Source of the DNA: Bacillota bacterium
GTDB taxonomy: Bacteria; Bacillota; Sulfobacillia; RBS10-35; JAJYVN01
NCBI GenBank assembly: GCA_021791815.1
Contig: JAJYVV010000001.1
Span: 1-56,384 of the forward strand
Reading direction: 5' to 3'
DNA: 56,384 nucleotides
Part shown: positions 43,042-51,935 of the stretch, piece after piece
Numbering within the stretch: the stretch's first letter is position 1
How the letters are laid out: every line of letters starts with the position of its first letter
Translations under genes and position numbers: made by a program
Notes under the pieces: model-generated
Told to the model about the DNA's origin: nothing
Databases searched by the model: none
The model's input: the letters and a program-made list of their open reading frames with translations, nothing else

Positions 43042-44970
43042 CTACACGAGCAGGCGCACGCGGTACGCGCGCAGCCACAGATCCACCTGCCAGAGATAGG
43101 CGTAGAACTGCGCGCCGCTCATCGTCTGACCGAACCACTGCACCGCCGGAGGCGACTCGGACTCGGTCAGCGTCCGCAGCAGGCGCACGTCCAGCAACGG
43201 CCGCAGGGGCGACGACCGGTCCTCGAGGATGCCCCGGATGCGCGCCCGCATGGCGGCGTGGTACGCGGGGTTGAACGTCCGCGGATAGGGGACCTTGGGC
43301 CGGTCGAGCACCTCCTTGGGCAGGAGGCCGCGCACCGCCTCGCGGAGGATGGCCTTCGGCACACCGCCCGCCGTCTTCATCGCCCACGGGATGTTCCAAA
43401 CATACTCGACCAGGCGGTGGTCGCAGAAGGGCACGCGCAGTTCGAGCCCGACCGCCATGCTCATGCGGTCCTTGCGGTCGAGCAGCGTCGGCAGGAAGCG
43501 CGACATGTTGAGGTAGAGGATCTCGCGGCGGCGCGCCTCGCCGGGCGCTTCCCCCGGCAGCCGGGGCACCTCGGCCTGCGCCTGGCGGTACCGCTCGCGG
43601 GCGTAGGCCGCGGGCCGCAGGGCGGCGCGGACGTCCGGCGCGAGCACCGCGCCGCGAACCTCCACGTCGCGCGCCCAGGGGAAGGTGTCGGACGCGATGG
43701 CCTCCTCCCAGTGGCACCAGGGATAGCCGCCGAAGATCTCGTCGGCCGCCTCGCCGGACAGGCCGACGGTGGTCTCCTCGCGGATCGCCTTGCAGAACAG
43801 ATACAGCGAGCTGTCGATGTCGGCGAGGCCTGGAAGGTCCCGCGCACGCACCGCGGCCTCCAGCGCCTCGACCTGCTCCGGGGTGTCGAGGACCACCCGG
43901 CGGTGTTCGGTCCCCAGGGCTTCCGACACGCGCCGCACCCACGGCCCGTCGGGGTCCGCGTAATAGCGGGTGGGCGCGAAGTCGGCCTCGAGGCCGGCAA
44001 AGTCGATGGAGTAGGTGCGCAGCGGCCCGCGGCGCTCGGCGGCGAACCGCGCCGCGGCGATGGCGGTCACGGCGCTGCTGTCGAGACCGCCGGAAAGGAG
44101 GGTCGCGATCGGCACGTCCGAGACCATCTGGCCGACCACGGTGTCGACCAGGAGTTCGCGCACCGTGGCGGCCGTGGTCGCCGCGTCGTCGGCGTGGGGC
44201 TCCGAACGGAGGCGCCAGTATGGGCGCCCCCTCACGCGGCCGTCCGCGTCGAGGGTCAGGACGTGGCCCGGCCGGAGTTCCTCGACGCCCCGGAAGACCC
44301 CCTGCCCCGGCGTCCGCGCGGGGCCCAGCGCGAAGATCTCGGCCAGGCCTTCGGCGTCGACGTCGGGGGCCACCAGGCGGTGGGCGAGCAGCGCCTTGAG
44401 CTCGGAGGCGAAGAGGAACGCCGTGCCCCGGCGGGCGAAGAACAGGGGTTTGACGCCCATCCGGTCGCGGGCCAGCAGCAGCCGGCCGGCGCGGCCGTCC
44501 CAGATGCCGAACGCGAAGATGCCGTTGAGCCGGGTCGGGCAGTCCTCGCCCCACTCCAGGTAGGCGCGCAGGACCACCTCGGTGTCGGAGCGGGTGCGGA
44601 AGACGTGCCCGCGGGCGCGGAGCTCGTCGCGCACCGCCGCGGTGTTGTAGAGCTCGCCGTTGTACGTGAGGACGGCAGCCCGCGAATCGGGCAGGCCGTC
44701 CGGCGCGGGTTCGCCCCCGATGCCCTCCGTCCACCCGGCGGCGACGCGCTCGACGGCCGCGGCTCCGGCCGGGGCCGCGACCATGGGCTGCCGGCCGCCC
44801 TCGGGGTCGATGACCACCAGCCGCCGATGCACCAGGGCGGCGTGCGGCACGACCCAGTAGCCCCCGGCGTCCGGGCCGCGGCAGGCGAGCGCGGAGGCCA
44901 GGACCTCGAGCTGCGCCCGCTCCCGCGTCAGGTTCGCGTCCCGGTCGATCCAACCAGCGATGCCGCACAA
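43042..44970 (-). CDS. asnB: asparagine synthase (glutamine-hydrolysing)
   Basis: TTG 44970 with GGGGAGG 10 nt upstream gives (M)CGIAGWIDRD.. with the Ntn catalytic Cys2. The SGGLDSS pyrophosphatase motif is present. Protein of 642 aa. Confidence 0.9.
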   Translation of the reverse strand: MCGIAGWIDRDANLTRERAQLEVLASALACRGPDAGGYWVVPHAALVHRRLVVIDPEGGRQPMVAAPAGAAAVERVAAGWTEGIGGEPAPDGLPDSRAAVLTYNGELYNTAAVRDELRARGHVFRTRSDTEVVLRAYLEWGEDCPTRLNGIFAFGIWDGRAGRLLLARDRMGVKPLFFARRGTAFLFASELKALLAHRLVAPDVDAEGLAEIFALGPARTPGQGVFRGVEELRPGHVLTLDADGRVRGRPYWRLRSEPHADDAATTAATVRELLVDTVVGQMVSDVPIATLLSGGLDSSAVTAIAAARFAAERRGPLRTYSIDFAGLEADFAPTRYYADPDGPWVRRVSEALGTEHRRVVLDTPEQVEALEAAVRARDLPGLADIDSSLYLFCKAIREETTVGLSGEAADEIFGGYPWCHWEEAIASDTFPWARDVEVRGAVLAPDVRAALRPAAYARERYRQAQAEVPRLPGEAPGEARRREILYLNMSRFLPTLLDRKDRMSMAVGLELRVPFCDHRLVEYVWNIPWAMKTAGGVPKAILREAVRGLLPKEVLDRPKVPYPRTFNPAYHAAMRARIRGILEDRSSPLRPLLDVRLLRTLTESESPPAVQWFGQTMSGAQFYAYLWQVDLWLRAYRVRLLV

Positions 44971-45279
44971 GGGCGCCCGACCTCCCCGGCCTCCGGCCGC
45001 GGCTCGCGCCGCGACGGACGGCTCAGGGTAGGTTCGGGGCCGTGGCGGCGTGCCTGTCTGGGGTCCGGCGCCCGGATGCGCCGCACCCGTGGCGTGGAGC
45101 GGCCGGCCGAGCAGCCGTCCCAGGGCCCCGCGGGCACAACCGAAGCCAGCGCGCAGGGCAGTGCGGCTCCCGGCGTGCCGCGCACTCCGAGGGCCGGCGG
45201 AGACACCCGGGCGCAACCGAATGCGCGGCCAGATCCGGGGGGCCGCCCGTCACGCGCGCGGCGCGGGCGCCCCAGCGCG

Positions 45280-45534
45280 TCAGGCGAACGCCGCATCCTC
45301 TTCGGCGGCGCAGGCGCAGCCGCTCTCGCCACAGCCGCCCCCGCAGCAGTCGCCGTCGTCCGCGGGGCCGGCCGAGGGGCCTCCCCCCGTCAGCACGGTG
45401 ACGCTGAGGGGCATGAGCCGGACCACGCGCCGGCCGCCGCAGGCGGGACACGCGGCCTCGTTGCGCCGCTCGACCGGCATCCGGGCCTCGAAGGGCTTGG
45501 CGCAGTCCTCGCAGCGATAGTCATACAGGGGCAC
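45280..45534 (-). CDS. FmdB-family zinc-ribbon protein with Cys-rich tail
   Basis: GTG 45534 with GGGAGG 9 nt upstream. (M)PLYDYRCEDCAKPFE..CPACGG is the FmdB CxxC..CxxC ribbon. The C-terminal tail is DCCGGGCGESGCACAAEED. Confidence 0.8.
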   Translation of the reverse strand: MPLYDYRCEDCAKPFEARMPVERRNEAACPACGGRRVVRLMPLSVTVLTGGGPSAGPADDGDCCGGGCGESGCACAAEEDAAFA

Positions 45535-45647
45535 GACTCCGCACCTCCCGCGACGGGGCGGCAGGCGCCCCGCGGCCACCCCAAGAATGGCCCGCGGACC
45601 GTGCGCGGTCAAGGGGCGGTCGCCGGGAGCCCGTGGAGGTGAGGGAG

Positions 45648-46433
45648 ATGGGCGCCGCCCCGGGCGACGTCCCGCCGGTCACCCGCTTCTACGAGTGGGA
45701 GTGCGAGCGCTTCCTCAGGGAACAGCGCCGGGACGTGCGCTGGTACCGGCGCCTCGCGGCGGAGACGGGCGGCCCGCTGCTGGAACTGGCGTGCGGAGCC
45801 GGTCGTGTGTGCGTCGCCCTGGCCGCCGAGGGCCACGAGGTTTGGGGCCTCGACAACCAGCCGTACCTGCTCGGCCGCGCCCAGGCCCACGCCGACCGGC
45901 ACGGCGTGGCCGAGCGCTGCGCATTCGTGCAGGGCGACATCCGCGCCTTCGACCTGGGCCGGCGGTTCCCCCTGGTCCTCCTGCCCTACAACACCCTGGG
46001 ATACCTCCTGGAGGAGGACGAGGCCGCGGCCTGCCTGCGCGCCGTGGCGGCGCACCTCGTGCCGGGCGGCGTGTTCGCGATCCAGATCACCCCCTTCGAG
46101 GTCGGCGAGCCGGGGCGGCCGCGCGGGTTCCTCGCGGCGGGCGCCTGCGAGGACGGCGATCTGGAGATGTACGAGAGCGTCACGGCGGAGCCGGAGCGCC
46201 ACCGCACCCACTACGACGAGGAGTACCACCTGCGGCGCCCCGGGCACCCGGCCCTGGTCTTCCGGCAGCGACTGAGCCTGCGCAGCTGGTACCGCCGGGA
46301 CCTCGAGCGGTTGCTGCCCGAGGCCGGCATGGAGGTGCGCGCGGTCTTCGGCGACTTCGACGGCCGGCCGCACCCGATCCCCGGGCGGCCGGGGGGGCCG
46401 GTGCTCGTCGAAGCGGTCCGCCTCGGGCGGTGA
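45648..46433 (+). CDS. class I SAM-dependent methyltransferase
   Basis: ATG 45648 with GGAGG 8 nt upstream. Motif I is LLELACGAGRV, followed by ..HLVPGGVFAI.. Protein of 261 aa. Confidence 0.85.
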   Translation: MGAAPGDVPPVTRFYEWECERFLREQRRDVRWYRRLAAETGGPLLELACGAGRVCVALAAEGHEVWGLDNQPYLLGRAQAHADRHGVAERCAFVQGDIRAFDLGRRFPLVLLPYNTLGYLLEEDEAAACLRAVAAHLVPGGVFAIQITPFEVGEPGRPRGFLAAGACEDGDLEMYESVTAEPERHRTHYDEEYHLRRPGHPALVFRQRLSLRSWYRRDLERLLPEAGMEVRAVFGDFDGRPHPIPGRPGGPVLVEAVRLGR

Positions 46434-46533
46434 GCGCCGGGGTCGGAACTCCCGCCCCCGGCGCCAACCTGGCGTGGGGACCACCCGCGCCGGCGAGCCG
46501 CCCATGCGTGGCCGTGCCCACGGGGCCGCCGCG

Positions 46534-46929
46534 CTACGTCGGCAGGCGCTGCCGGAGGAAGTCCACGACGGCCCCCGTCCGACCCTCGCCGCCGCTGCAG
46601 TGCACCAGGACGGGAACCGGCAGCCGGCGGTACGCCGCCAGGGCGGCCTCCATCCGCGCCGCGTCCGGCAGCGCGTGCTCCTCCATCGGCACGTGCTCGA
46701 CGGGCAGGCCATGGGTCCGGTAGTAGGAGAGGAGGCCGCCCTCGGGCCCGTCGTAGAGGGCCAGTTCGTCGTCGTCGAGCAGGCAGAGGATGCCGCCGAT
46801 CCCTTCGCGCCGCGCGCGTTCGACCCACTTGGGCACCTGTCGCCGGTCGACGGTCTTCGTCCCATCCGCTGCCTTGGCGTATCCCGGTCTGCGGGCGCGG
46901 GCCAGGCGGCCGGGAACCACCCACTGCAC
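46534..46929 (-). CDS. Cys-based protein tyrosine/dual-specificity phosphatase-like protein
   Basis: GTG 46929 with GGAGGGGGG 8 nt upstream. The HCX5R(S/T) P-loop is VHCSGGEGRTG. Protein of 131 aa. Confidence 0.75.
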   Translation of the reverse strand: MQWVVPGRLARARRPGYAKAADGTKTVDRRQVPKWVERARREGIGGILCLLDDDELALYDGPEGGLLSYYRTHGLPVEHVPMEEHALPDAARMEAALAAYRRLPVPVLVHCSGGEGRTGAVVDFLRQRLPT

Positions 46930-47080
46930 GCTCGACGCCCCCCTCCGCGATCGCCCGGGAGGGGTTCCGCCCCGGGGGCGGGATTCCCTGGGCCGCGGCG
47001 GCATGCGCCGCTCGATGGCCAGGGCGGTCGTGACCGCGGATGGCTCGGCCGCGCCGCCCTTCGGACCGGATGCCGGGCCC

Positions 47081-47563
47081 TTACGCGGGGGATGCCCCGG
47101 GCCGCAGCGCGGCCAGCGCCCGTCGCAGCGCAGGCCACGGCAGGGCCCCATTCGGGTTGGGCGTCTGCACCGCGAAGCGGACGACGCCCTCGCGGTCGAC
47201 CAGGACCGTGCCGGAGCGCCGCAGGGGCCCCAGCACGCGGGTGCAGCCCAGGGCGTCGAGATTCCTGCCCGCCGGATCGGCCCAAACCCGGACCCCCGCC
47301 CCGGTGCCCCGGGCCAGTGCCGCCGCCTCGTCCGCCCGGCCCGGACCGATCACGACGACCTCCGCCCCCGCATCCCGCCATTCCGACTCGTGCGCCGCCA
47401 ACTGGCGGACGTGGGACCGGCAGATCCCTCAGCCGAACGACCGCATGGCATAGATCAGCACCGCCGTCCGCCCCCGGGCCGCGCCCAGGTCGAAGCCCTC
47501 GCCGGGTCCTTCCAGCCGCACCTCGGGCGCCCGATCCCCCACCGCGCATGCGCCGTCCGCCAC
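47081..47563 (-). CDS. Prx-like/AhpC-TSA redoxin with in-frame UGA (candidate Sec, U-G-I-C motif) or nonsense pseudogene
   Basis: The same frame is continuous from GTG 47563 (GGGAGG upstream) except for one TGA at 47431..47429: ..VGDRAPEVRLEGPGEGFDLGAARGRTAVLIYAMRSFG-U-GICRSHVRQLAAHESEWRDAGAEVVVIGP..RSGTVLVDREGVVRFA.. The stop falls at the first Cys position of the CxxC motif. Confidence 0.65.
47393..47431 (-). promoter_or_regulatory. candidate bacterial SECIS element
   Basis: RNA: UGA-GGGAUCugccGGUCCC-a-CG(U)CCGCC-AGUU-GGCGGCG. The second hairpin has 7 bp with a bulged U. Its apical loop has G-U at positions 2-3, and the loop starts 26 nt after the UGA. Confidence 0.5.
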
Positions 47564-47669
47564 CAACCATCGCCTCCCGCCCCGCCAGGGGCCCGCCCGG
47601 AGATTCGCGGCCGCGAAAGACGAACCCTCGCCATGGGTCGTGGGGTGGCCACCATGCCGGCGCCCCCGA

Positions 47670-48617
47670 TCACGGGACGCGCAAGATGACCTTGCCCCGG
47701 GCTCCGGGCGACATCACGGCGACATGCGCCGCGGAGGCCTCCGTCAGAGGGAAGCCGGGGCCGACCACCGGTCGGAGCGTGCCGTTGCGCAACCCGGCGC
47801 CCAGGGCCAGGTGGATGCGCCGCCGCTCGTCCGCGCTCATCGCCATGACCCCGAGGACGGCGGCCGACCGCGACATGAGCTGGCGGGGGTCCACCGTCAC
47901 CTCGCCGCGCGACCCGACCACGGCAACCCGGCCGTGCGGGGCCAGGAGGGACAGGTCGCTCGCGAGGTTCACGTTGGCGAGCATCTCGACGATGACGTCG
48001 TACCCGCGCGGCCCGGCGAGATCGAGGAGCCGGGCGTCCTCCCCGTGCCCGCAGGAGGCCAGCGCGCCGGCCTCCTCGACCAGGGCGCGCCCGCCGGCGG
48101 TCCCCGCCGTGGCCACCACCTCGCACCCATGGGCGGCGGCGATCTGGATCGCCGCGATGCCGACCCCGCCGCTGCCGCCGCGGACCAGAACCCGGTCGCC
48201 CGGCTGCGCGCGCGCCGCCAGGTGGAGGGCCAGGTACGCGGTGCGATAGGGCACCCCGACGGCCGCCCCCTGCTCGAACGTCAGGCCCGGCGGCAGCGGC
48301 CACACCGCCGCGGCGGGAGCGGCGACCATCTGCGCGTATGTGGGCGCGCCCGCGACGTACACGCGCTCCCCGGGCCGCGGGCCGCCCTCGACGTCCGGCC
48401 CCACCGCCGCCACCTCGCCGGCCCCGTCCGAGCCCGGCACATAGGGCAGCTCGGGACGGCGGGCGTAGGATCCAGACCGAATGTAGGTGTCCACCGGATT
48501 CACGCCGGCGGCCCGCAGCCGCACCAGGACCTCCCCGGGTCCCGGCACCGGATCCGGGACCTCCTCCAGCCGCAGGACCTCCGGCCCACCGAAGCCCCGC
48601 ACGCGAATGGCCTGCAT
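47670..48617 (-). CDS. NADPH:quinone oxidoreductase / zinc-type alcohol dehydrogenase superfamily (MDR)
   Basis: ATG 48617: MQAIRVRGFGGPEVLRLEEVPDPVPGPGEVLVRLRAAGVNPVDTY.. The nucleotide-binding motif is RVLVRGGSGGVGIAAIQIA. Confidence 0.9.
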   Translation of the reverse strand: MQAIRVRGFGGPEVLRLEEVPDPVPGPGEVLVRLRAAGVNPVDTYIRSGSYARRPELPYVPGSDGAGEVAAVGPDVEGGPRPGERVYVAGAPTYAQMVAAPAAAVWPLPPGLTFEQGAAVGVPYRTAYLALHLAARAQPGDRVLVRGGSGGVGIAAIQIAAAHGCEVVATAGTAGGRALVEEAGALASCGHGEDARLLDLAGPRGYDVIVEMLANVNLASDLSLLAPHGRVAVVGSRGEVTVDPRQLMSRSAAVLGVMAMSADERRRIHLALGAGLRNGTLRPVVGPGFPLTEASAAHVAVMSPGARGKVILRVP

Positions 48618-48840
48618 GGCGCCGCCCCCCCTCTCGCCGCCCGCGGCGGCGCGGGCCCCCATTCCCCCGGGGCACGGCGCCGGCCTGCCGGGGAGCGCGG
48701 CGCAACCCCGCCGGGCCCTGCCGCGCCCGACACGCCCCCGGCAGCCAGGCAGCATGGCGTCTCTGCCGCCATCCGCCGTTGGGCGCGTCGCGCGGGGCCC
48801 GGGCGGCGCCGCGTGCCCTCCGGGGCGGGGCGCTCGCCCG

Positions 48841-49581
48841 TCAGGGCTTCCAGGCGACAAGGGCCTCGCGGACGGGCGGCAGATCCGCGAGCCACGATCC
48901 ATCCTCGCCGTCCCGCCGCAGCAGCGCGGCGACCTCGGCCTCCAGGGCCGCGAGGTCGGCCGGCTCGCACAGGGCGAGGATGCCGGCCACCTGCCGGACC
49001 GCCTCCTCCTGGCTCGCATACCGCCCGTACGGCCGCTCCGCCGAATGCACCGTCACCTGCGGGCGGACCCCGATCTCGGCGAGGACGGCTTCCAAATCGT
49101 GGGCCACGGGCTGCGCGGGAAAGGGGTCGTCGGGATGGAAGCGCGGCCACAGGCGCAGGGCCAGCGGGTGGTGCTGGTCGGCGCGGATGGCGAGGACGCA
49201 GCGGTCCGTGGCGGCCGCGGTCATGGCCCGCAGGAAGGCGGGGGCGTCGGGATGGAAGTGGACCACGAGCGAGGCGAGCGCGACCTCCGCGCGGGGAAGG
49301 CCCGCCACCGCCTCCGGCCACGAACCCGCGACGATGGTGACGCGCCCCCGCACCTGGGCATCCTCGGCCGCAAGGGCTTCGACCATGTGTTGCCGCATCA
49401 GCGGGCTCGGCTCGACCGCCCACACCCGGCACCCCGCGCGCGCGAGCGGGACGGCGTAGCGGCCCGTGCCGGCGCCCAAGTCGATCACCGTCCGCTCCGG
49501 GCCCAGGGCCTCGCACACGGCCTGAAAGACCGGGGTCGCGGTCATGTCGCGGGCGCCGTCGCGCCGCAGCCGCTGCGCCAT
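48841..49581 (-). CDS. class I SAM-dependent methyltransferase
   Basis: Motif I is VIDLGAGTGRYAVPLA. Start is ATG 49581 (alternative ATG 49545). The rest of the 621-aa track ORF is the shadow of the GH31 gene. Confidence 0.8.
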   Translation of the reverse strand: MAQRLRRDGARDMTATPVFQAVCEALGPERTVIDLGAGTGRYAVPLARAGCRVWAVEPSPLMRQHMVEALAAEDAQVRGRVTIVAGSWPEAVAGLPRAEVALASLVVHFHPDAPAFLRAMTAAATDRCVLAIRADQHHPLALRLWPRFHPDDPFPAQPVAHDLEAVLAEIGVRPQVTVHSAERPYGRYASQEEAVRQVAGILALCEPADLAALEAEVAALLRRDGEDGSWLADLPPVREALVAWKP

Positions 49582-49694
49582 GGTGCCGAGGTTGCAGGGC
49601 TGCGCATCGCGGCCGCCGGGACCCTCGCCCCGCCGACGCTCCACGAGGGACCGCCAGCGGGCCGCCGCCGGGCCGCCCCCGCCGTCTGCGCGGT

Positions 49695-51758
49695 TCACTC
49701 CGCTCCCTCCCCCATCCACACCCAGCGAATCGGGTCGTAGCGCAATCCGGGGCCCGCCGCATGCGGGCCCTCCGCCGTCCCCTCGACCTCGACCCGGCCC
49801 CGCCGCGCGCCGTCGGGGCCGACGTCCACGGCAAGGCGCAGCCACCGCCGGGAGCCGTTCTCGAACGCCAGGGTCTCGCCGTCGTCGTCGTAGAGGCGGA
49901 AGGCGCCCGGGACGCCGCCATAGTGCCGGACCTCCAGTTCCAGGCGGTCGCCGGCCCGTGGCGCGTGGGGCAGGACCGGACCCAGGGGCACCACCGCGCC
50001 CGTACGCACGAAGAGGGGGATGCGCTCCAGGCCGCCGGCCACGGTGAGCCGCGTCCCGCCCGAGATGCGCGCGCCGGTGTCGAACTCGTGCCAGTCGCCC
50101 TCGGGGAGCGCCACCCCGCGCTCGGCCTGTCCGGTGAAGAGCGGGGCCACGAGTATGTCGTCCCCCAGCATGTATTGGTCGTCGGCGAGGGCCGCCTCCC
50201 CCGCCCCCGGCTCCAGGGCCATCGGGCGGAACGGCGGCGTGCCGTCGAAGCGGTAGCGGGCGAAGGCCGAGTAAAGGTACGGGACGAGGCGGGCCCGCAA
50301 CTCGATGGCGGCCCGCACGGGCCCCTCGACCTCCGGAAAGGACCACGGCTTGGTGCCGGACGACCACGCATCCAGCATGGCGATCGGCGACAGGCAGGCC
50401 ACCTGGACGCGGCGGACCCACTCCTCCGGGCTGCGCGCCGCGCGCACCTCGGCCGCGAAGAGCAGGCCGGAGAAGCCCGCGTTGCAGAGCGCTCGGACGT
50501 ACTCGCGGTGGTCGTACAGGTCCGTGTACAGGGCGTAGGGCAGCGACGCCGCGCCGGCCCCGGAGGCGCGGACGAGCCCATAGGTCCGGCGGCCCTGGGC
50601 GCGGAAGAGGCCCGCGGTCATCCGCTGCAGCAGCAGTCCATACACCTGGCGCATCTGCTCGCCGTCGCGGCCCGAGGGGAACTCCGCGTGGGCCGGGAAC
50701 ATCCACGACGACCCCGTCAGCTCACTGCCGTCGCACTCGTCGAGCTTGTACCCGGAGACCCCGGGCCGGACGTGCGCACGCTCGTGCTGCGCCTCGAACA
50801 CGGCCCGGGCTTCCGGCAGGGTCAGGTCCGGCGCCAGGCCGCCCCAGACGGTGTGGGAGCCCGAGAGCGGAGCCAGGGCCCCGTGGATCGGCGCGCTGGG
50901 CGAGACCCATGCATGTTCCCACAGGTTGAGGCGCAAGCCGGCGGAGGCCATGCGGCCCAGGAAGGCGGGCGGGTCCGGAAAGCGCTCGGGCGACCACTCG
51001 AAGCTGCAGGGGTAGGCCGTGCTGTGCCACCCGGGCTCCAGGCCGACGACATCCAGGGGGTAGCCGCGGCGCCGGTACTCGAGCGCCTCCGCCTCGACCT
51101 CCGCGTCGGTGTAGCGGGTGGGGGTGCGGTGCCAGAACCCCAGGCCCCAGCGGGGCGGCAGGCACCCGCCCCCGCAGAAGAGCACATAGCGGCGGACCGC
51201 GTCCCTCGGGGTCGGCCCGCCGAACACCAGGACCCGGAGGCCGGCCGCGGCGACGACCGCCTCCACCCAGGCCGACCGCGGCGTCGCCGTCCAACCGGCA
51301 TCCGTGGTCCGATCGCGGACGGGCACCGGCTCCTCCCGGCGTGTCACGGACGCGACGTGGACCGTCACGATGCGCGCCGTGTCGAACAGGACGCCGTATC
51401 CCGCCCCCCCGACATAGAACGGCACCGGGGCGTGCGTCTCGCCGGTGTCCTGGCGGGGGTCGCTGTTCACGCGCAGGAACCGGGTTCGCCCCCGCTGGTT
51501 CACGCGGAAGAACTGGAGGCCGAGCCCGAAGACGGGCTCGGTGCCCCGCAGGGGCAGCCGGACCACGAAGCGCTGGGCGCGGCGCTCGCCGCTCACCTCG
51601 CCGGCGGCGAACGGCGGCGCGTCCACGGCCGGCAGCCGGGCCATCGCCTCCCGGTCGGGTGCCCCGCCCGCCGCCGCCAGGGCCGTGAATTCCTCGGGGG
51701 CGCCGAACGAGCCCGACCACACACCGGGTGCGACCTCCGACCACGCGCCGCCCTGCAC
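49695..51758 (-). CDS. GH31 alpha-glucosidase/alpha-xylosidase family protein
   Basis: ..PPRWGLGFWH.., ..YPLDVVGLEPGW.., ..GVSGYKLDECDGSE.. (nucleophile-region KxDxxE pattern) and ..WSSGTKPWSF.. are present. Start GTG 51758 is the last start before the conserved N-domain and does not overlap the divergent gene (moderate support). Confidence 0.85.
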   Translation of the reverse strand: MQGGAWSEVAPGVWSGSFGAPEEFTALAAAGGAPDREAMARLPAVDAPPFAAGEVSGERRAQRFVVRLPLRGTEPVFGLGLQFFRVNQRGRTRFLRVNSDPRQDTGETHAPVPFYVGGAGYGVLFDTARIVTVHVASVTRREEPVPVRDRTTDAGWTATPRSAWVEAVVAAAGLRVLVFGGPTPRDAVRRYVLFCGGGCLPPRWGLGFWHRTPTRYTDAEVEAEALEYRRRGYPLDVVGLEPGWHSTAYPCSFEWSPERFPDPPAFLGRMASAGLRLNLWEHAWVSPSAPIHGALAPLSGSHTVWGGLAPDLTLPEARAVFEAQHERAHVRPGVSGYKLDECDGSELTGSSWMFPAHAEFPSGRDGEQMRQVYGLLLQRMTAGLFRAQGRRTYGLVRASGAGAASLPYALYTDLYDHREYVRALCNAGFSGLLFAAEVRAARSPEEWVRRVQVACLSPIAMLDAWSSGTKPWSFPEVEGPVRAAIELRARLVPYLYSAFARYRFDGTPPFRPMALEPGAGEAALADDQYMLGDDILVAPLFTGQAERGVALPEGDWHEFDTGARISGGTRLTVAGGLERIPLFVRTGAVVPLGPVLPHAPRAGDRLELEVRHYGGVPGAFRLYDDDGETLAFENGSRRWLRLAVDVGPDGARRGRVEVEGTAEGPHAAGPGLRYDPIRWVWMGEGAE

Positions 51759-51935
51759 CGCGGCACCCCCGTTCCCCTGCGGTCCCCGAGCCCGGCCGGC
51801 TTCGGGCCATGCGCGGCACGGCCCTGCCGGGCGGAGGCAGGAACCCGCCCGGTCGCGTTCGCGCCGCGCCCGGTCGCGGAGCGGCAGGAAAGCCCCGGCG
51901 GGGCGCGGATCCCAGGCCGGGGAGGCGGTGGGAGG

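Noticed and set aside
43042-44970. AsnB homologue considered as a lasso-peptide cyclase / RiPP locus
   Set aside because: It keeps the Ntn catalytic Cys2 and a full glutaminase domain. No transglutaminase-like protease, precursor peptide or dedicated ABC gene lies adjacent.
45609-47570. 653-aa ORF starting at ATG 47570, which overlaps the Prx-like gene region
   Set aside because: Its translation is low-complexity (MVGGGRRMRGGGSG..). The neighbouring frame gives a clean AhpC/TSA N-terminus. The ATG is out of frame with the redoxin.
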